Source: Asterias rubens (Eukaryota). From it: a stretch of 64,000 bases of DNA. A program made the translations under genes and the position numbers. The stretch is from NCBI RefSeq assembly GCF_902459465.1, contig NC_047064.1, forward strand, positions 13,206,001 to 13,270,000. The letters are read 5' to 3'. Positions 60,020-64,000 of this stretch are shown piece by piece. The first letter of the stretch is position 1. Each line of letters begins with the position of its first letter. A model generated the notes under the pieces. It saw only the letters and a program-made list of their open reading frames with translations, was not told where the DNA came from and ran no database searches.

Positions 60020-61372
60020 TAAATTTTATATGTGGATGCATCTTTTCATGGAATCCACAATGTTTTGTCAGGTGCTTGCTACAAACTCTTTTCCTACTGT
60101 ACATGTAGGTATGTAGCCAGCCTCTGTATTTTCTACAGATGTTTTATGGTAAATGAGGCACAGTGTGTTCAGATTGGGTCCTCCTGTCAGAATGTTTCAC
60201 CATGGAACCAGGCTCTTTGTGTGTTCTCACACATACACTCTTGCTTTTCTGAGATGTAGTTTTAAAAAAAACCCAGTGAAACAGCTTTATTCTATATTCT
60301 GCATTTCTTTGGAACCCTTTGCCTGGTGCATGTTTTCCTCCATCCTACAATCTAGACTGTTTAAGAGGAATGTCAATTCCGTAACCTTCAGCTCCCCTGA
60401 GTTATTATCTTCTTAAATATTTGTAGCCCCTTACCAAGAGTGGCTTTTAGACTTGTTTGGGAAGCAAACTTGCATAAAATATTTCTAACAAAGAGTACAA
60501 AATGTACAGGTGTACAAAAATATATAAATGAGTGAGTTGATGAATTTTTGTGTGTATCCTCTGCCATGATGCAGAAAGAGCCGCCTTGAAATCTTGACAT
60601 GTCATGAATGCAGCACATGCCATTCCATTTAGTCAATTGCATCTCAGATTTGGTTGCGCTCTGCTTGTTTATGAAGGACGTATACGAATGGAATCGTCCC
60701 CCAGCATTCCTACTCGCGCCTCAATGCTTCATACACAGGTGGTGCGGTTGTTTCCAAATTGCCATTTCACATGAATGCTCTCCGAACCCAGACAAGAAAA
60801 AATACAAATTTTGACTGGTTAACAATCAATAAATAGCAAGGTTTGACAAATGTTCAGCGACGAGCCAGCAGGACCAAGTAGCTTGTCATTTCACTTGTCC
60901 ATCAACTTCTTCACTGGTCCATACTTGACAATCTATACTGAATAGGGATGCTTTTTCAACACTGAATTGGCCAGCAGGACAACTTGGAGTGAATATTGAC
61001 CGGTCCTGAGGTGTTTTAACAGGCAGTTGGCCAGCAAACAGACGAACGCTGAATAGGGTTTTCTGGTAATTGTTTTACCAACTATATCCAGGAAAGGTTT
61101 TACATGTATTTAATTCAATAAAACATTTAATTTGGTTTTGCCCTCACATGATAAAATACATTATTGGACGTGTTTCATAATATAAACAGTAGCCAACATT
61201 ATTGATAAGTCAGAACATAATATTACCGTTGTCTATAACGACAAACTGTTCTGCACAGTTCAGGAAGAGGGAGAGACAAAGGTTTTTGCCTAGAGCCAAC
61301 TGATCGCAACCTTTCCTGATAGAAGAGAGGAAAAAATCCTGTCACCCAAAATGTCTGTTAGTGACGTCTTAA

Positions 61373-61614
61373 AGGCACTGGGCACGTTTGGTAAATGTCA
61401 AGGACCAGTATTTTCACTTGGTATATCCCAACATAATACAAATAACAAATCTGTGAGAATTACGACTTGAGCAACTGGTTATAGAATTTGAAAGAGGGTA
61501 ATAAAAGAAAAATCACAATACTTTTTACTATCAACAGCTCTTGATTGCTCATTGCCAAGTACGTTTTTTATGCTTACAACTATTTTCAGTAATTATCAAT
61601 AGTGTCCAGTGCCT
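61373..61614 (+). mobile_element. Kolobok-like TTAA MITE, internally deleted
   Basis: TTAA|aggcactgggcacg ... gtgtccagtgcct|TTAA. Confidence 0.85.
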
Positions 61615-63059
61615 TTAAGATGTTCATCAAAACTTATTCTGACTCCTTCGTCCTGGCTGAGAAAAAAAAATCATTTTGAAGAAGCCGCAGGAAAGCCAAC
61701 TGTGACCTTTCCGATATGTGCCTCTTGACAGGGAAGGAGAATTAGGGAATGAAAACTAACGGATGTGAATCAACTGATTAAAGATCAAACCAATGTTGTG
61801 GGATGGAGGGGTGGGGAAATGGAACATCTTATTTCTTCCCCAGGGTATTGTGTGCTGATAAAGTTTCATTACTGGCTGATTTTTGGAACGATTTGTGTCA
61901 TGATTTATGTCAAATTTGACAAATGTGTGACTTACAGTGATACTTTTTTTTACATCAATTTCCTTGGTGTCGATTTAAAGATGAACATTCAAAACGTTTT
62001 CAGAATCCCCTGACAGTATTGAAAATGTCAAGATGTCACATGATCCTATGGTAGGTCTTATGGATGTGTATAGCAGAAAATACCATACATGTAGAAACCT
62101 GCAGCTAACTTTGTATTGCAGTCACTTTGTGGACATTTCTTTGTTCTACTTCCAACACAGGTGCAAACCCTGTGTCCGTAGTGTTTAAAAAGCCTGCCTC
62201 ATGAGAACCAATTTGTGCATAAGCCTAGCGGCTCTATATGCTATTTTGTGTCCGGGGGGGGGGGGGGGGGGGGGGGGAAGAATCCTAAGTGTAGCCTTTA
62301 TTCTCAAAGTACCATTTGAAAAATGAAAACAACCTTGCTCATTCACAAATAATATTCTCCAGGGTGTATGGAATTAAACACTTTAAAAAGAAAAACAACG
62401 TCCATTTGGCCGTATAATCCTAGATGTCACTTTTTCCCCCTGAACCTCTTCCTGCTTAGAATGCAATACGACTACTTTGGACGTCTGAGCTTTGAGCCAT
62501 AGATCTCACGACTTTATTAAATTTGACCGCAATGAGGCCGCAGAGAGTTGGTTCTTGCTTTAACTATAGCTGCCCCCCCCCCCCATCATTTCATAGATGT
62601 CTAATGGGATTGTGTGATGGTCCAGTACACTTCAGCTTATGAAGGTGTTGGGATTGGTTTCTGTAGCGGAATGTGGCTGGGTGTGAGTCATATTTGACTT
62701 GAGGAGGTGGTAGTGTGTGGTGGGGTGGAGGGGGGGGGGATGTTGGACTACTGAGGGGGGGATGTTTCAATGTTGTTGTGAGTTAAGGAATAGTGATAAC
62801 AAGTAAATTCATTCCGCGGTAGTGAAGTTAATTTTGAGAATTCCCCCAAGCCACTAAAGTGAAAGTAGTCCATGCTAGTAAAGCAGGACAGTTTTAGCTA
62901 TAGTATATCAAATTCTGTAGAATAAACAGCAAGATATAAGTTCTCAAATGGAATATTGTTTAAGTACAAATTCAAATTTGTTTTTGTATCGTTCTAATGA
63001 TGCAAATTTAATGACCTATATAAACCACAAGGGAAACTTACTTAACATTTATTTATATC

Positions 63060-63222
63060 TCAGCCCTTGATGGTTCACTATACACCTGGTTGAGAGAAGC
63101 AATTATGGTTAAGTGCCTCACTCAAGGACACAAGTGTCATGACCAGGACTGGAACCCACACTCTGATGATTCAACCACCAGAACTAGAGGCCAATGCAGT
63201 AGACTGCTGGCCATGACACACC
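63060..63222 (-). mobile_element. CORE/Meta-like SINE
   Basis: gagagaagcaatt...aaggacacaagtgtcatgacc...ggaacccacactc...ccaccagaact...ggccatgacac. Confidence 0.75.
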
Positions 63223-63971
63223 AAATATTTGGGTTCTCTCGGTATTGAAATGAATTCAATTTTCCATCTGAACCATGCTTTAAAGTTGAATACTTTGATC
63301 AATATCTGCGGCCAGCTTTTGGAAACATATGTTAAATTGAGCGGTTGTCTGGCGGGGAGAACATAATAAAAATGATGTGCTTTGGATTGCGTTTTGATTG
63401 GCAAGCTTACACAGGCGTATCATGGAGTTCCTATTTAACCCGTTAGTCACAAGAAAAGCCTGCGGGCTCGTTGCAGATCATCACCCCAGAAATTTAATTG
63501 ATATGATTCCCAGATGTTATTTTTTTTATTTGGGTGAACATATCAGCAGAAGAGATATACCTTGTTGAGAGTGTTATTATTGCATTGGTGTCGCTGCATG
63601 CTGCGGTTTTGTGAGGTAATAATGTAGACAGATAGCTAGACGTCAGGAATGGTTTTGTGAGTCACACACTGCCAATGGGGTTCTAAAAAGCTGGCCATAC
63701 CTTTACAATCCGAGGAAATATTTCCAATTAAAACATCAGGATTCGACAGCGGAATCCGAGTGTATAGCGGCTGGTAATTGCACCCCCTGGAATTTACAAG
63801 GAAGACCTGTAAGTTGTGCATGCCTTTGTACATAACACATTTTATGTAGGGTGTTTTGGAATTTTTGTTTAAAATGTTTGATAAATCACAGGATGTCAGT
63901 TTGCAGTTGGGCATATTTTTTTGCACAGATCTTTAAACCAACGTCAACATTTTCTGCAAACTTTCAGTTAG

Positions 63972-64000
63972 AGACACTGAACACAGTTGGTAATTGTCAA
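63972..64000 (+). mobile_element. Start of a family A MITE, cut by the window edge
   Basis: agacactgaacacagttggtaattgtcaa. Confidence 0.7.

Larger units (their letters stand above)
34783..64000 (+). other. APC: Presumed APC intron 3, open-ended (more than 29 kb)
   Basis: Manual scan found no exon resembling the next APC segment (SLLLADLDKEEKEKDWYY...) or the armadillo repeats before the window end. Confidence 0.6.

Overview
AT-rich, repeat-dense eukaryotic genomic DNA. The repeat families (Deu-, V- and CORE/Meta-type SINEs, L2 LINEs, TTAA MITEs) suggest an invertebrate deuterostome, probably an echinoderm such as a sea star; this is inference. I can support only one protein-coding gene: the 5' part of an adenomatous polyposis coli (APC) orthologue on the + strand. 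Its three coding exons are 31408-31482, 32393-32588 and 34599-34782 (MAVSSYDQLLFQVNSLKAENSHLKR|GLQDNSCQLSKLETEASCMK...|...QMQELEKER). I could not find the next APC exon, so the rest of the window is probably one intron of more than 29 kb. Almost every ORF in the supplied track is spurious. Everything else is non-autonomous mobile elements, local tandem duplications, foldbacks and a few CpG-rich promoter-like islands. Two signals stand out. First, TACATGTA occurs about 50 times by eye, and sibling repeat copies show it arises as an invariant TA to TACATGTA insertion, which fits Tc1/mariner excision footprints. Second, several short elements carry Penelope/retrozyme-type minimal hammerhead ribozymes (19815-19854, 44741-44869, and a half motif at 33026-33069) along with related foldback derivatives. 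All coordinates and counts were made by eye; approximate repeat edges may be off by about 10 nt.
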